Shown here in pieces: positions 1 to 13,193 of a DNA stretch of 64,000 nucleotides. A program made the position numbers and the translations under genes. The DNA is from Podarcis gaigeae (taxonomy: Eukaryota), in NCBI GenBank assembly GCA_964106915.2, contig OZ066930.1; one strand, written 5' to 3'. The notes beneath the pieces were generated by a model that saw only the letters and a list, made by a program, of their open reading frames with translations, ran no database searches and was not told where the DNA came from. Each line of letters begins with the position of its first letter. The stretch's first letter is position 1.

Positions 1-394
1 TCTCATAATCCTATTTTGATGAAGGGGAGTCAAATATTTGTCCTGTTTCTGTGAATGTGTGCATGTGACACATGCTGAAAATTGACTTCCTCTCCTGAAG
101 GGCCAAAAGCAGTTTAATGGAGGGGAGGAGAAACCTAAGAATACCCGATCTGATAGTGGCTCTCAAGTAAGAAGTCCACATTACTGTTACTTTCAAGGGT
201 CTAGCATTTTGAGGATTCTCTTGAGGTGCATAGCATGACAGTGACAATTTCTGAATGTTGCGCTATGGCTGTGTGTGCTTTATTATAAAGTTTATTTTGG
301 ACATGCATATTGGTGTTTGAAACTTGAACAGAAAAATGGGAAGGCAGAAAATTGGGAGGAATCCTACAGGGGAACTTTTGGGCACAACCAACAG

Positions 395-465
395 GATGGG
401 CGCACAACCCCAGAGTCTGTCAAGACTGGCCCGTACGGGCAGGGGTACCTTTACCTTTACCTTTA
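395..465 (+). mobile_element. 5'-truncated Sauria SINE (3' end only)
   Basis: Matches the 3' ends of the copies at 37399 and 54463; (ACCTTT)n tail; flanking direct repeat AACAGGAT at 390-397 and 465-472. Confidence 0.85.
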
Positions 466-709
466 ACAGGATATGTTGCATCAGAGTTGGAGGTCAAAGG
501 CACAAGATTTTTTAAAAATGCGTTGGACTCCATAAATTTACTTCTGTGCCCCTGAAGGCTTCCCCATCTCTTGAAAAAGTTCCCTGAAATGGAGCCCCTT
601 TCTCATAATTCATTTTCAGGAGGCATATTCTCTGTACATTCAGTTTAGAGTTACATTTAGACCATGGAGACAGTACTTGAACATTCTTGGTAAAATAACA
701 CCTTCACAT

Positions 710-796
710 TGCAACCCTAAGCATGTTTATTCAGACATAAATTCAATTTATTTCAATGGGAATCACTACCTATTAAGTGTTGCTAGGATTGCAGCT
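710..796. repeat. Short (~85 bp) palindromic-ended interspersed repeat/MITE; related copies near 18425-18510 and 23356-23446
   Basis: tgcaaccct...aggattgca inverted ends; similar body sequence recurs in the window. Confidence 0.55.
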
Positions 797-2219
797 TTTG
801 CATACCTCAGATGACATGTATCAACCAGCTCATTTCAGCACTCACCAAGCATGTTAGCTTGCTCAGTTTTTCGTTAGAAGCAGGAAGAGCCAGATGGAAG
901 TTAAAATACTGTGCTTTCATGTTTTGAAATTCGGTGATGTGACTAGAAAGCTCAGCTTTGGTTTAAATTGACAGTATTCTTGTTTATAGGGTTTGCCAGG
1001 GTGGTGTCTGTAGGAATTTGAAAATTTGAAAGGGTATTTTCAAATACAAAGCCTTAGAAATAGTCCTGTTATAGTAAGGTCATTATTTTCACTGTAAGTT
1101 AAAGAAAAGCAAAAGAAAAAAAATGCAACTAGTGATTTGGGGCAGAAATCCTCTTTCTCCCTGTATATCAGATGGTGTATTAAATTCTCTCATTTCTAAA
1201 AATAGATTGGGTGACATACTGTTGAGGACACTTGCCACCCCAGATGTTCACCGATGCAATGGGACATCTCCTTCCTCTCCTCCCCTCTGCACCCCTTTGT
1301 GCACCCCCAAATCTGAGCAACTCTGAGAGGCATATGAGGGCGAAGAAGACAGGGAAGTCCATTAATTAGTAACAGAATGGTTGGATACACTATCTGTCAG
1401 ACTGAATAACTTTTTTTAGGCAATATATCTACTTGCATAGTCTCTATTCTTTGTGAAGAGAGTGGATTAAAAGCAGAAGTATGCATAATTGAAGCATGCT
1501 AAATTAGAACCCAATTGATTTAGGGCGTTGGAAAAATATCTTCAACTTTTTCTGGAAAATCCACATCACTGGGTAGGGCTCCAGTTTCTTGCTTGAGGAG
1601 TAGTATTTTTGGAAATAACAACGTTAATTCTGAGCTTTAAGTTTCAGTATGACTGAGCGGCGGGGGGCGGGGGAGGGTCGGCTTTGGAAGCATTTGCTGT
1701 GTTTTTTTGCAATGGTGTCAGATTTGTCTCTTTTATGTCTGTACTTGGTCGTGTTCAAAATAATCGTGAAAGCAGAATGATAGAATGGAGGGACTGAGGA
1801 GGTGCCATAGCTCATAGAAGAGCATATCCTTTGGACTCATATGATCCCACATTCAATCCCTGCCTGTTAAGACAGAAAAATATGAGAGGCTATTGAAACT
1901 GCTTATGTAAAACAAATACTGTATAGCAGTGTCAGCTGTGGATGGTGGATGTAGATGGAGTCTCTAACCTTATGTTATTCTGAGGTGGGCAAGTGTTGTC
2001 CTTGACTGAGCAGCTGAATGGGAAACCAGATTGCTTTCTTTCTATCTCCCTGTGAGGAGCTGTGTCCATGGTCTCCTGGACTGCCCTGTAGTAATGCCAG
2101 TAGCCTTTAGGACTAGCAGTATCACCTGGGAAAGAGTGATGGGAGGAAGGAAGGAGTAAGCAGAGGAGGACTACACAGCAAAATGATTTGGAAGGCTGTC
2201 CTGCAGTGGTTTCAGAATA

Positions 2220-2351
2220 CAGTGGTATCTTGGTTCTTGAACTTAATCTGTTCCAGGAGTTTCGGAAACCAGAACACACACTTCCGGGTTTGTGGCGTTC
2301 GGGAGCCAATTTGTTTGACAACTAAGCCATTCAGGAACCAAGGTACCACTG
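2220..2351. mobile_element. Tc1/mariner (Tigger-like) MITE
   Basis: TA|CAGTGGTATCTTGGTTC...GAACCAAGGTACCACTG|TA: terminal inverted repeats with TA duplication. Confidence 0.85.
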
Positions 2352-2560
2352 TATTAAAATATAGTCCTGTGGTTTATGGGACTGGCTGTATAGCCACAGT
2401 TAGCAACTAGCTTCGCTGAGAAGATGGAATCCCCCAGGATGATCAAGGCAGCTGCCGGCAAGTCCTGTCCTCAGTGTGTTCCCGTTTGTTACTGCCAAAG
2501 CTTTTGCTTCTTCCTCCTTCACCCCCCCCCAGCCTAGCACCTGAAATTGGTCAGTCAGTT

Positions 2561-2562
<2 letters not shown>

Positions 2563-2608
<46 letters not shown>

Positions 2609-2613
2609 CTCTC
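2563..2613. repeat. (CT)n microsatellite
   Basis: Direct reading. Confidence 0.95.
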
Positions 2614-3235
2614 TGTGTGACAGCAGGGGTAGGAAGGAGCAGAAACTCTAGACATTTAGCAACATAGTTTATTGCTTCCAGATACCGTTACATGATCTTA
2701 GTATTTACCAACGCCTTTGTCTAGCAGTGGCCTCATGTAGATTTTTGCCTGCTTTTGTCCTTTATTAAGAAATACCCACAGCATACACACAAGATGGAGG
2801 GGTGCGTTTGTGCCCCTCCTTACCATGATTCCCCTCATGCATACAGCATGAGCTCCTTTCTCTCCCCGCCTAGAAGGACAGGAAACCTCCTAGGCACCTG
2901 GCTTACTGCAGTGTATACAGATGCGAAACTTCTGCTTAAGAATGCAAACTATTTCCCCCCATGTATACTACTAAGAGTGTGGTGGTGCCAAAAATTAGAA
3001 AGATGTTCTGAATGCTTCCTCTTTGCTGCTTGAAATGGCTGCTTCTTGAGATGGGAGGAAGAGGTCAGATGACAGGGCTGGGCCAGTTGAGCTATAGCAA
3101 CTACTGTTCTCTGTGTTGTGTTGCAGTGCAGGAATTTTGGTCCTGGGTTATAGACAGAAAAGGGATGCTGCTTATATATTGCCTACACCAGTGCCCAGCA
3201 ACCTTCCTAAGTGAGCCTGTTCAGGTGGTGATGTA

Positions 3236-3380
3236 GCCCTGAGGGATAGCTTGGTTGGTAGAGCGTGAGTCTCTTAATCTCAGGGCTGTGGGTTTTAGCA
3301 CTACACTGAGTGAAAGATTCCTGCACTGCAAGGTATTGGACTAGATTATCCTTGTGATGATCCCTTCCAATTCTATGAAT
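3236..3380 (+). mobile_element. tRNA-Lys-like-headed SINE with CR1-like 3' tail
   Basis: tagcttggttggtagagcgtgagtctcttaatctcaggg (A box and CTT anticodon arm) followed by ttggactagat...cccttccaattctatga, a CR1-type end. Confidence 0.75.
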
Positions 3381-3505
3381 CCAAGAAATGGAGGTTGTTA
3401 GGGATTTGGGACACCTACACCAGGCGACTAGCTCAATTATGTATGGGCACCATAAGGAGAATGGGGCTGCCTAAGTCTGTTTTTGGCCCAACACATAGTG
3501 TAAGG

Positions 3506-3742
3506 CATGGGTAAGCAAACTAAGGCCCGGGGGCCAGATCCGGCCCAATCGCCTTCTCAATCCAGCCTGTGGACAGTCCGGGAATGTTTTTACATGAGTA
3601 GAATGTGTCCTTTTATTTAAAATGCATCTCTGGGTTATTTATGGGGCATAGGAATTTGTTCACCCCCCCAATATAGTCTGGCCCTCCACAAGGCCTGAGG
3701 GACAGTGGACCGGCCCCCACTGAAAAAGTTTGCTGACCCCTG
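3506..3742. mobile_element. Non-autonomous hAT (Charlie-like) DNA transposon
   Basis: TIRs catgggtaagcaaact / agtttgctgacccctg and a perfect 8-bp target duplication GTGTAAGG at 3498-3505 and 3743-3750. Confidence 0.88.
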
Positions 3743-4879
3743 GTGTAAGGGGACACCCTCAGTTTGATTTTTGCACTGAACTGATGATAGCAAGCCACTT
3801 TGAGCTTTGACTGCCCACCTGTCAAAGCTTGACCACAGGGATTTGGGGAACTGAGGATCTGCCCCAACAGTCTAGTTCTCCACCCCCTGGTGTATGTGCT
3901 CTTGCCAGCTTGCTGTCTTTTGTTTACATGTTTATTGATAGATCGTATGAGTCTATTGGGTTTCATTAGTATTGTACCCTGCTTTGGGATTATTTTATAA
4001 TGAAAAGTAGGCAACAAATTGAATAAATAAATAGTAAATTAACAAAGTAACTGCTCTGAAAAAGATAATGTATGTGTGCCTGCCATGAGGGAACAGAGTC
4101 ATTAGGTGCCCCAATTTAATAATCGACATAATAAATCAGTATGAATTCACTTTCATTCATATTTCTCTTGTCAGTAGGCAGAATGCAGATACCCAGAACA
4201 AGGGCTCCAAAATGTTTCTTAGCTGCTGAAAGCAGAGGACTGCTTTATGTTTTTTCCCTAAGTTGCCAAATGATTTTGAAATATTTATTTATTCAAACAA
4301 TGGATTAAATAGATTTTAATGATTAAGATATGTGGTACTACATTTCTGTAATATAAACAGGCTGTGCAGTTATCCTGCATATTTTAATCTTGTGTATGCT
4401 AGTAGCAGCTACATATTTTTGGGCATTGATGCAGGAGCTTGTCAAACCAAAATGGTTTAAAATGTAATTATAGAATAGGGCGCAGATTGAAATGAAATGA
4501 AGAATGTTTTAAATTTCATCTTTTTATTAACATAAAACACTAGCTTGAGATAAAAGAGCTTTGGTATAAGATAGGGTTCCCTTTTTTGTTTTGTTTTCTG
4601 TTTTGTGATAATGTGCAGACAGAGCCAGATCAGGCATCCACTTTTATCCTGTATTCTGTTTGCAACAGTTGGCAGTGCCTGGGAGTTTGAGGAACTGCTA
4701 GATTTCTATATAGAATCTTAGCTTTCAGCAATAACAAACAGTTCAGCCATACCCCTGCATATTAAATTGCAAGTGCTTTACATGTTGGTTTCCGTGGGTC
4801 TTATTTCTATTAGTGCTTTTGATAGGAGAAATACCCATTTCCCTACAAAGAAAGCATGGTAAGTTTTAAAAGCGTAGTA

Positions 4880-5120
4880 CAGTGGTACCTTGGTTCTTGG
4901 GTGTAATCTGTTCTGGAAGACCATTCGACTTCTGAAATGTTCGACAATCGAGGCCTAAAAGACTGGCTGCAAGTTCAGTGGAGAAAATTGAAAAACACAC
5001 AGCAGAGGCCGTTTGATTTCCGAGGCACATTTGAAAACGGAAGCATTTACTTCTGGGTTTTCAGCATTTGAAAACCGAAACGTTCAGCTTCCAAGATGCT
5101 CAAAAAATGAGGTATCGCTG
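4880..5120. mobile_element. Tc1/mariner (Tigger-like) MITE
   Basis: TA|CAGTGGTACCTT...GAGGTATCGCTG|TA; left end related to the 2220-2351 element. Confidence 0.8.
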
Positions 5121-5448
5121 TATTCTCCTGTATGAAAATCTGCTTTCTTATTAAGCTTCTGCCTATTCATTTTTTGCAGACTTATCCAACATCTATTGTA
5201 TCAACAACAATGGTCTCTCTTCTGAAGAGGCACTGAAAGTTTAAGAAAGAGCAATGCTAGTGTTTCAGTTTCTTTTAAAATCTGAAGTATTTGAGGAACT
5301 GTCCAATCAGATTAAAGCTAATTCAGGTTCCATTGATTTTTAAAATCTGTTTTATTTTCTAGATAACTAAGATTCAAAATAAGGAACTTTAAAATAAGTT
5401 GGCAAACTTGAATATCAGTTACTTGCAAAGGTTTTAATACTCTCTTGA

Positions 5449-5817
<369 letters not shown>

Positions 5818-6054
5818 TGAATGAAACCCCAGACCAGAAATAAATTGGATGTAAGGATACTGGTAATGTTGGTGATTTTTGAGTACAAGTGTAAACGCAC
5901 GTATTGAACTAAAATAGGCAGATGAAGAGCATAGAGACCTAATGGTCATATTATTCGATAATGTCGAGACTTTATTTTTTGCATCGTCTTTTTAACCTAA
6001 TGAGGCAGTACAGAGACTTTATCCCAACTATATTTTCTGTTGTAACACCACCAT

Positions 6055-6385
6055 CTCCTCTAGAGGAGCAAATTGAAACCCTCTTCCACAAGGGGGCAAT
6101 AGAACTAGTGTACAGGGCCCAAAGACATCATGGATTCTGTTCAAAGGATTTCACCATCTCCAAGAAAGATGGAGGCCTCCAGCCTGTATTAGATCTTGCA
6201 ATGCATTTATAAGATGCAAGGAAGATGTCTAGTGTCCTTCCACTTCATCACATTGGAGCACAGTTTGCCTCAGTATGAATAAAGGACATCTATTTCCACA
6301 TCTCCACTAGCCAGAGCACCACCAGTTCCTCCCCTTCACCTTGGGGGATGTACTTTTCAATTTAGAATTATTCTATTTAGCTTGC
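6055..6385 (+). mobile_element. Degenerate DIRS-like retrotransposon reverse-transcriptase fragment
   Basis: Translation LEEQIETLFHKGAIE...GFCSKDFTISKKDGGLQPVLDL resembles the DIRS RT motifs KGAIE...GFYS..F.VPKKDGG.RPILDL; downstream KDIYFHI resembles KDAYFHI; stops and frameshifts present. Confidence 0.75.
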
Positions 6386-6409
6386 ACCTTGAGTGTTTGG
6401 AACAGGGAT

Positions 6410-6705
6410 GGTGGCACCTTAATTATGGAATGCCCTCCCTGATGAGAGTCAACCTGGCACTTACCTGGTGCCACACAGGTCTTTATGTATTTCATAAAAT
6501 AAATAAAAAATCTCTGAGGCTTCCCCCCCTCTCTCTTGGAACATTTTGATTTTTCTGGGTTTTAAATGCTGTTTCACTGTTTGTGCTGGTTTTTAGGTCA
6601 AAAATTAATTGGGTTTTTTATGGTTTAATTTGCATATTGTCTGCTGTGTGTGAACCTCCCAGAGGACTTTGTTGATTGGGTTGCCAACAAATTTTCTAAA
6701 TAAAA
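6410..6705 (+). mobile_element. L2-like LINE 3' remnant
   Basis: tggaatgccctccc motif, T-rich 3' UTR, ending gtgaacctcccagag...aaataaa. Confidence 0.5.
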
Positions 6706-8089
6706 AAATTGGGAGCAAAAATCCTGCATGTAGCACGGGTGGGCAAAAAACCCTGCTACTGTAGCATAGGAAAGCAGGGTATGGTTGGCCTTATTGCCGA
6801 GGCAAGGACAAGGATGTTTTCTGGGGGTCAGTGGCTGTGAACAGATGTGAGAGAGTGAAGGTAGGGTTTTTTTAAAATATATATATATGTCGAAACCAAA
6901 TTGCAACTTCTTTTGCGGGGATAATAACATACCATGAAAATTCAGTGCAGCACTAATCTATAGGCAGTTACCAATATTCATTGGGCTGTTTTCATTCTCT
7001 AATTTATCCCAATAGGAACAATGGCAATTATAATGTTAAATTTCACATAGCTAGGTAGAAAAACAGTGCATGCTTTCAAGCATCCTGGACCAGAATTTTG
7101 GATACTGCTGGCGATTGAGGAAGTTTGTGGACAGGGAAGCTACTACACCAATTTGTGGACAAAAAACCATTGTAAATACTGCTTACCCCCAGCTGTCCAG
7201 AAATAGAGATTAGTTAACACATCAACGAATGTTTTGATAATATGTGGGGTGGAGGTAAAAACGAATCTAGTGTCATGATATATAATAATGAATGTGAACA
7301 TAAATAAGAAATTTCTATTGCTTTTGAAGCAGGCTCTGAAGATGCCTATTTGGCGTTGTCATGCCATTCCCAGGCAAACACTGACTAAAACAAATGGGGC
7401 AGTAGGAGGAATTAAATAAAATTTGTCTGGTCTTAGAGAGTGCTGTGGAAATGCAGTGCCTAGTGGCCAGGTGGAGGAACTTAATCTGCTTAAAAACAAC
7501 AACTTCTGTACATCTTCTTTTTTCTGTTTTCTATGACAATTTGCTGGCTTGGCTATTTTTGGTTCACATGTTTAGACTCTTTGTTTTTTCTCTGCATGCT
7601 GCTTACATATGAACAGAAAGGGTTCAACTAGCTAGTCTCATAAGCTAAAAGCTTGCCTTGCTATTAATGCTCATCTCTGAGCTCCACAAAACTGAAATAA
7701 AGAAGGTGATCACCCAAAGATGCATCCCCCTTTAGCTGTATCACTCCATTTTTATTGAACTCCCTTCTCAGTGAAATTTTCCTGGTTTCCCTTTTATGTT
7801 ATTTTTGATGCCCGGTAAAAATGTTTATTTGTCAGGCTTTCTAATGTGTACGCGCATACCTTATGCTGAATTCTCTTAAAAAACGAAACAAAAAACTTGG
7901 TTATAATCTGGCTGTTTGTTGCTTTTTTTGTTTTATTGATTATTGTTACAGTTTTATATTGCTAGTATCGTTCATTGGTAACCCATTTGGGGAGTCTTTG
8001 CCAGCCGAACCGCTTTCAGCAAAATGCGGTATATAAATAAACTCTGGTTAAAGAGTGGAATGGAGGAAAAAAATATCCAAGACAGCTAG

Positions 8090-8090
8090 C

Positions 8091-8121
<31 letters not shown>
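8090..8121. repeat. (TAAA)n microsatellite
   Basis: Direct reading. Confidence 0.95.
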
Positions 8122-10539
8122 GCAGGCTGTTTAACTTGTAAGCTGCATAGTCGGAACATCCTAAAGGCAGTGACTGTCATCCTTTTAGTAAAATATGCAT
8201 GGCACGCCACAATGCCTAATTGGTTGCTGTGTGCTGTATTGTCTTTGGGCTGCGGTCATGGAAGTTTAGCAAGGTTGTGGGTCCCCCCCCCTTAACCCTG
8301 CTTTGTAACATGTCAGCGCTGTCGTTCTTGGGTCTTTACAAAATGCGTACCTCCACGAATACCAGATTGTTTACTTGGCAAGGAACCTGAGAAATCTCAG
8401 AGCAGGGATGATTTCTGCGTGCCTCTTGGCCTATTTTATGCAGGTAGCAATGCGTTCATGTATAATTAAAGCGATGGCTCAGAAGTGCTGCATCAAGCAA
8501 TTCCATGGCTCTTAATTTTTTATGAGGCACCTGTTCGGAGTGGAGGCATTGGTGACATTCCTACTTACCCAGATAAGCTTCAATAATATGTTTTCTCTTT
8601 ATGAAACAAGTTTTATTTATTTTTCAAGTGCAGTTTGGGGCTTAAGTGTGTTTGGTGATCATCTTGTTGGAAGGAAATCTCCGCCTCCTGTTTCCTTTGC
8701 TGCCGTAAAAAAAGATGTCTCTGGCTTATGTGCAATGCTTTAAGTAACTGAATTACAATATTTGCTAGTACTGGAGTTAAATGTAAATTGGAAAACATGT
8801 AACATCAGGGGAGTTGACTCCATCGCTGTGTGCATGTATGATCTTTTGTATTTCCTCATTCCGTCTCAAAAGAAAGAATCTTAGCACCTGCCGTTGTTTC
8901 AGATTTACCTAAATACAAGAATAACCTTGAACTTAAGCGTCCAATAAAAGAAAAAGGGGAAAAACCAAAAGTAGATTGGATAGCGGTGATGTCTAGGTTA
9001 ATTTTGTTGAAAGCGAAGAATGTAGGCTTGAATTGAAAGGAACCTTGTGTATTGTCAGGTTGTGCTGCTGAGAAAGAAAATCTCTGGTATGGGAATTGAC
9101 TGTACTCTGGTTTAGCACCTCTTAGTTTTTGTCTTGACACCAGTCTGAATGCAATTTTGCCATGCAATGCCATAGACACTGGCACTTCTTTGACTTCTTG
9201 CTGGAGTGGAAAAGCCCTAAATTGATTGGGATTGGTACATTGGTACATTTGAAATTCTATCTAGTAAGCACTGCTATTTTTTACCATGTTAATTTTACAT
9301 GCTGTACAAATACCTTCAGCTTGTCAAAAACCCCAAAGCATCTGAGCTGAAATACTTGACTAGGGAAAAATTAATAAAGTATCCTTACTGTTGATGATAT
9401 TAAAACAATGTCAAAGTGTTGCTTTGGAAATCCTTATTGTTGGACTTCTTGTAAATATGAGCCATTAAAACTCAAATGGCATATACTTCTTTACATTGTT
9501 TAAAGTTTAAGCAAAAAACCCAGTAAACTTATATTAACTTTCAACTCCTCTAAAGGACTATGCATTTATACTGGTCAGGTTGATAAGCCATAGTAGAAAT
9601 TTGCTATGAACCGCCACCGTTCCGATCAGTTGTGCCTTCTTTCCTCCTCATTGTCCTGGGTAAGAAACAATTATGGAGCAGCTGGCTAACAATTATGTAT
9701 GAACCAGTGCTCATGGTTTGCGTCTCTCCAAACAAACCACAAGCAAAAGCCAGGATTTGTTCTTGGCTTAACATTTGTAAGAAGCACACCACAAGTGCTG
9801 GTTCACATGTGATGGTAAGACAGCCATTACATGGTTTGTTTTCTGGCTTGGAAAAGGGAGAAGTGAAGCAGGCACAATGTTTGCGGTAAAGCATGGTTTG
9901 TTTCTGATCTTGGGTTACCACTATGTGTGAACGATTATTATTATTATTAAAATTAAAATTTGTATACCACCCTTCATTTGAAGATCCCAGGTGGTTCATA
10001 ACACAAAAATACAAAATGAGAATACAGAGTGCATAATAAAACAAAACTACTGTATGTCATTTATTATATATGTTATGTATGTACTGTACACACGTTACAG
10101 TTATAAACGGGAAATCTTATTGATGGGTGGGGCATAAATCCCTCAAATATTTAAATATTGGTGATATAATGCCTCCAGTGTGCTTAATGGAATACAAGAA
10201 GGAAGATCCCTGCCTCCCACAGCTTACAAAATGGAACTTTACACTAGGTAAACATGAAGAGGAGGGAGGGGTAGACAGGATCACTAGCCACCTAGATTGT
10301 GTTGTATGCACATGCAGCCAGTAGTCTTTTAAGTGAGCATATGGAGCTAGCATGACTGTTTAAGCTTGATCCAAGAAGCAGCATACGGCTCTCTTCATAT
10401 TGCCTAGCATTAAAGGATTGTAGCTGGTATCTAGCTTGCAAGTGCTGGAAAATACTCCTGCATTCATAAATGTGGTCCCCCCCCTTTGGCCCTTGAGTAG
10501 TCTTTTTACATTGAAACCGTAATTCCAGCTAGTACGGTA

Positions 10540-10541
<2 letters not shown>

Positions 10542-10583
<42 letters not shown>
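10542..10583. repeat. (CT)n(GT)n microsatellite
   Basis: Direct reading. Confidence 0.95.
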
Positions 10584-10584
<1 letters not shown>

Positions 10585-12456
10585 CCAAGTGGTTGGGTTG
10601 AGCCCCATCTTGAAGGTACAAATTTTAAATTAGGCGTTCCCAGAATATCTTTTGTTCAATGATCAGGAGCTTGTCCTCATTATATGCTTAAAAGGGACTC
10701 TTTATTATTATTGTTTCACATATTCAGGACTGAAAGTTTGGGGGCTCTTATGCTCTGACAAGCTTAATTTATGGCTGTTAGCATGCCAAAATATGCTGTA
10801 TTAAGCCAAGGGCTTACCTCTTACACATTAATTATATTCTGCCCCCCTTATGCTACTTCAACATCTGGTTGACATCTTGGGAGCAGAAAAAGCTGTTACT
10901 TGGCGAGAGTCACAACCTCCGTTGTGTAGCTTGCTGGGCATTTCCTGGACATCTTATTTTTTTGCCATCTGTAGTACAGTTGTTGCACATTCCATACATG
11001 TATATTTAACTTCCTTCCTCAGGAAATGAGAGCAGGGAATTCACAAAGGATTTAAAAATACATTTTTGGCCTCATTTCAGTCTGTTAAAAGGCACTAGTT
11101 TATAAAACCCCCACTATGGATTTGTGTGTGAATTTAGACAACATGTGGGTACATGTGGGCAGGGGGACAAATACATTGAATCTGCTAATACTTTTAGTCA
11201 ACTTTATAGTGCTCTTCTACAGCTTCTATTCATCTTAATCAGGATTAGATTAATTTTAATCAGTGCAATTGTGAAATAAAAGTGGTTTTTTTAAATGACG
11301 TTTCCAACTTTCTGTTTCATACATTTCCAGATCAGGTGTGTATGCTAAATGGTTGCTATCATAATCAAACAGAAAGGTGTCTTATAATTAAACTTGCATT
11401 GACATTTAGTTGGTCACAATAAAGGTGGTTTTGGGTTGATATTTTTGGATCATATGTTCTCACATACGTTGTGCAAATGGTCTCTGGCATTGTGGCTTTT
11501 TGAGAGGATATATACTGAGACCTTATGTGGATTCAGTAGAAGATTCTGGCTGGCGTACGAACATCCATGGGCACTACATTGGTGACCTGTGAACCCAGTC
11601 CAGTTTATTCCCACTGCCAGCTGCACTTTAGGGGTCTTTTTCTAGTCCCCTTGTCTGCAATCTTCTTAACTGGAAGCACTGGGAACTGAATCTTTGATCC
11701 TGTGGGGATGAGGTTGATGCTCTGCAACTCAACTATGGCTTCTGTCTTAAACCTTTGTGTTGGCAGCTGACTCTTTATAGTGTAAAAGGTACTATCCAGG
11801 TGCATAATCCAAAACTCCTGGGTCATACAGTTCTCATCTCTGATATGAAACTATGGATTTCTGGTTGGCAACCTCTCCACTGTGTGAGGACACAAGCCAA
11901 GCCATTTAACTTTTTCTCAAGTGCCCAGAAGTTGCCAAAGGCAGGGGCTGATATTTATTCAGCAGAAAGGTATTTATTCTTTGTAGTCTCTGTGGATTCA
12001 CATCAGCAGGATCTGAGCCTGCATCTTCAGGTTTCTACTTGGTTTCAGCCCACCACGGCAGTCCAACTCTTTGTTGGACTCTGCACTTTGGGACTTGGAT
12101 GCTGAGCCATGTCAGCTGACTTGTGGTGCTTTGCAAGCCCCACTTTTGTGATGCAGATCTGGATTGGATCTTCCAACTTTAGTAGCAGAGAATTGGACCA
12201 GGACTGTGGTGTTGGGGGATTTAACTCGTAATTCTCTGCATCTACTGCTTTTTCCTTGCTGTAAAAGTGTCCCCCACACAAATTGCAATTAGCCATGGAA
12301 GGGATAATAGATGGGTACCCTTTTTGTAGTTTGGCCTGAGCTCTTGAAGTAATATTGCATTTGTTATTAGCTTTTTGAGCCAGAAGGAAGGATCCTTAAA
12401 GCACGTTACATTAAAAATGTGTGTAGATATATTGTAGCTGTATCTATCTACCTGGT

Positions 12457-12826
12457 GAAGGTTAAGGTAAGGTAAAGGTAAAGGGACCCCTAACCATTAG
12501 GTCCAGTCATGACCGACTCTGGGGTTGCGGCACTCATCTCGCTTTATTGGCCGAGGGAGCCGCCGTACAGCTTCCGGGTCATGTGGCCAGCATGACTGAG
12601 CTGCTTCTGGCGAACCAGACCAGCGCACGGAAACACCATTTACCTTCCCGCCGGAGCGGCACCTATTGATCTACTTGAACTTTGACATGCTTTCGAACTG
12701 CTAGGTTGGCAGGAGCAGGGACCGAGCAATGGGAGCTCATCCCATCACGGGGATTCAAACTGCCAACCTTCTGATTGGGAAGCCCTAGGCTCTGTGGTTT
12801 AACCCACAGCCCCCCCCCCATGTCCC
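12457..12826 (-). mobile_element. Full-length Sauria SINE (tail subtype B)
   Basis: (AAAGGT)n tail on +, tRNA-like head at the right end, 11-bp target duplication ATCTACCTGGT at 12446-12456 and 12827-12837. Confidence 0.92.
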
Positions 12827-13092
12827 ATCTACCTGGTAGTGCTTGAAATTATCCCTCTGCCCTCAATACAGTTCCCAATATGTTATTGTGGATGTTCTTG
12901 TTGACTTGCAATTCCTGAATGCTAGCAGTTGAGTGACCTTTTCCCAAGATAAACATTTTTTTCCTCTCTCTTCTACCTGGGACAGCAGATTGTCTCATTT
13001 TCCAAGAACAGAGAATGAGCAATCTAGTGCAGAACACATAGTTCTCAAATAGTTACCGTAAAGGCTGTTCTTCTAGTGTTGTGGTTTGGAGC

Positions 13093-13193
13093 TTCCTGGA
13101 TAGCTCAATTGGTAGAGCGTGAGACTCTTGATCTGAGGTTGGACTAGATGACCCTTGTTGTCCCTTCCAACTCTACAATTTTATGATTCTATG
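13093..13193 (+). mobile_element. Internally deleted tRNA-Lys-like/CR1-tail SINE
   Basis: ggatagctcaattggtagagcgtgagactcttgatct joined directly to ggttggactagatgacc...ccaactctacaattttatgattctatg. Confidence 0.75.

Noticed and set aside
3236-3320. Functional tRNA-Lys gene
   Set aside because: T arm and B box are degenerate, no clean acceptor stem, and it runs into a retroposon tail; it is a SINE head.
9600-9930. Ancient conserved enhancer
   Set aside because: Inverted arms and catggtttg/tatgtgtgaac words suggest a decayed palindromic MITE; kept only as a structural finding.
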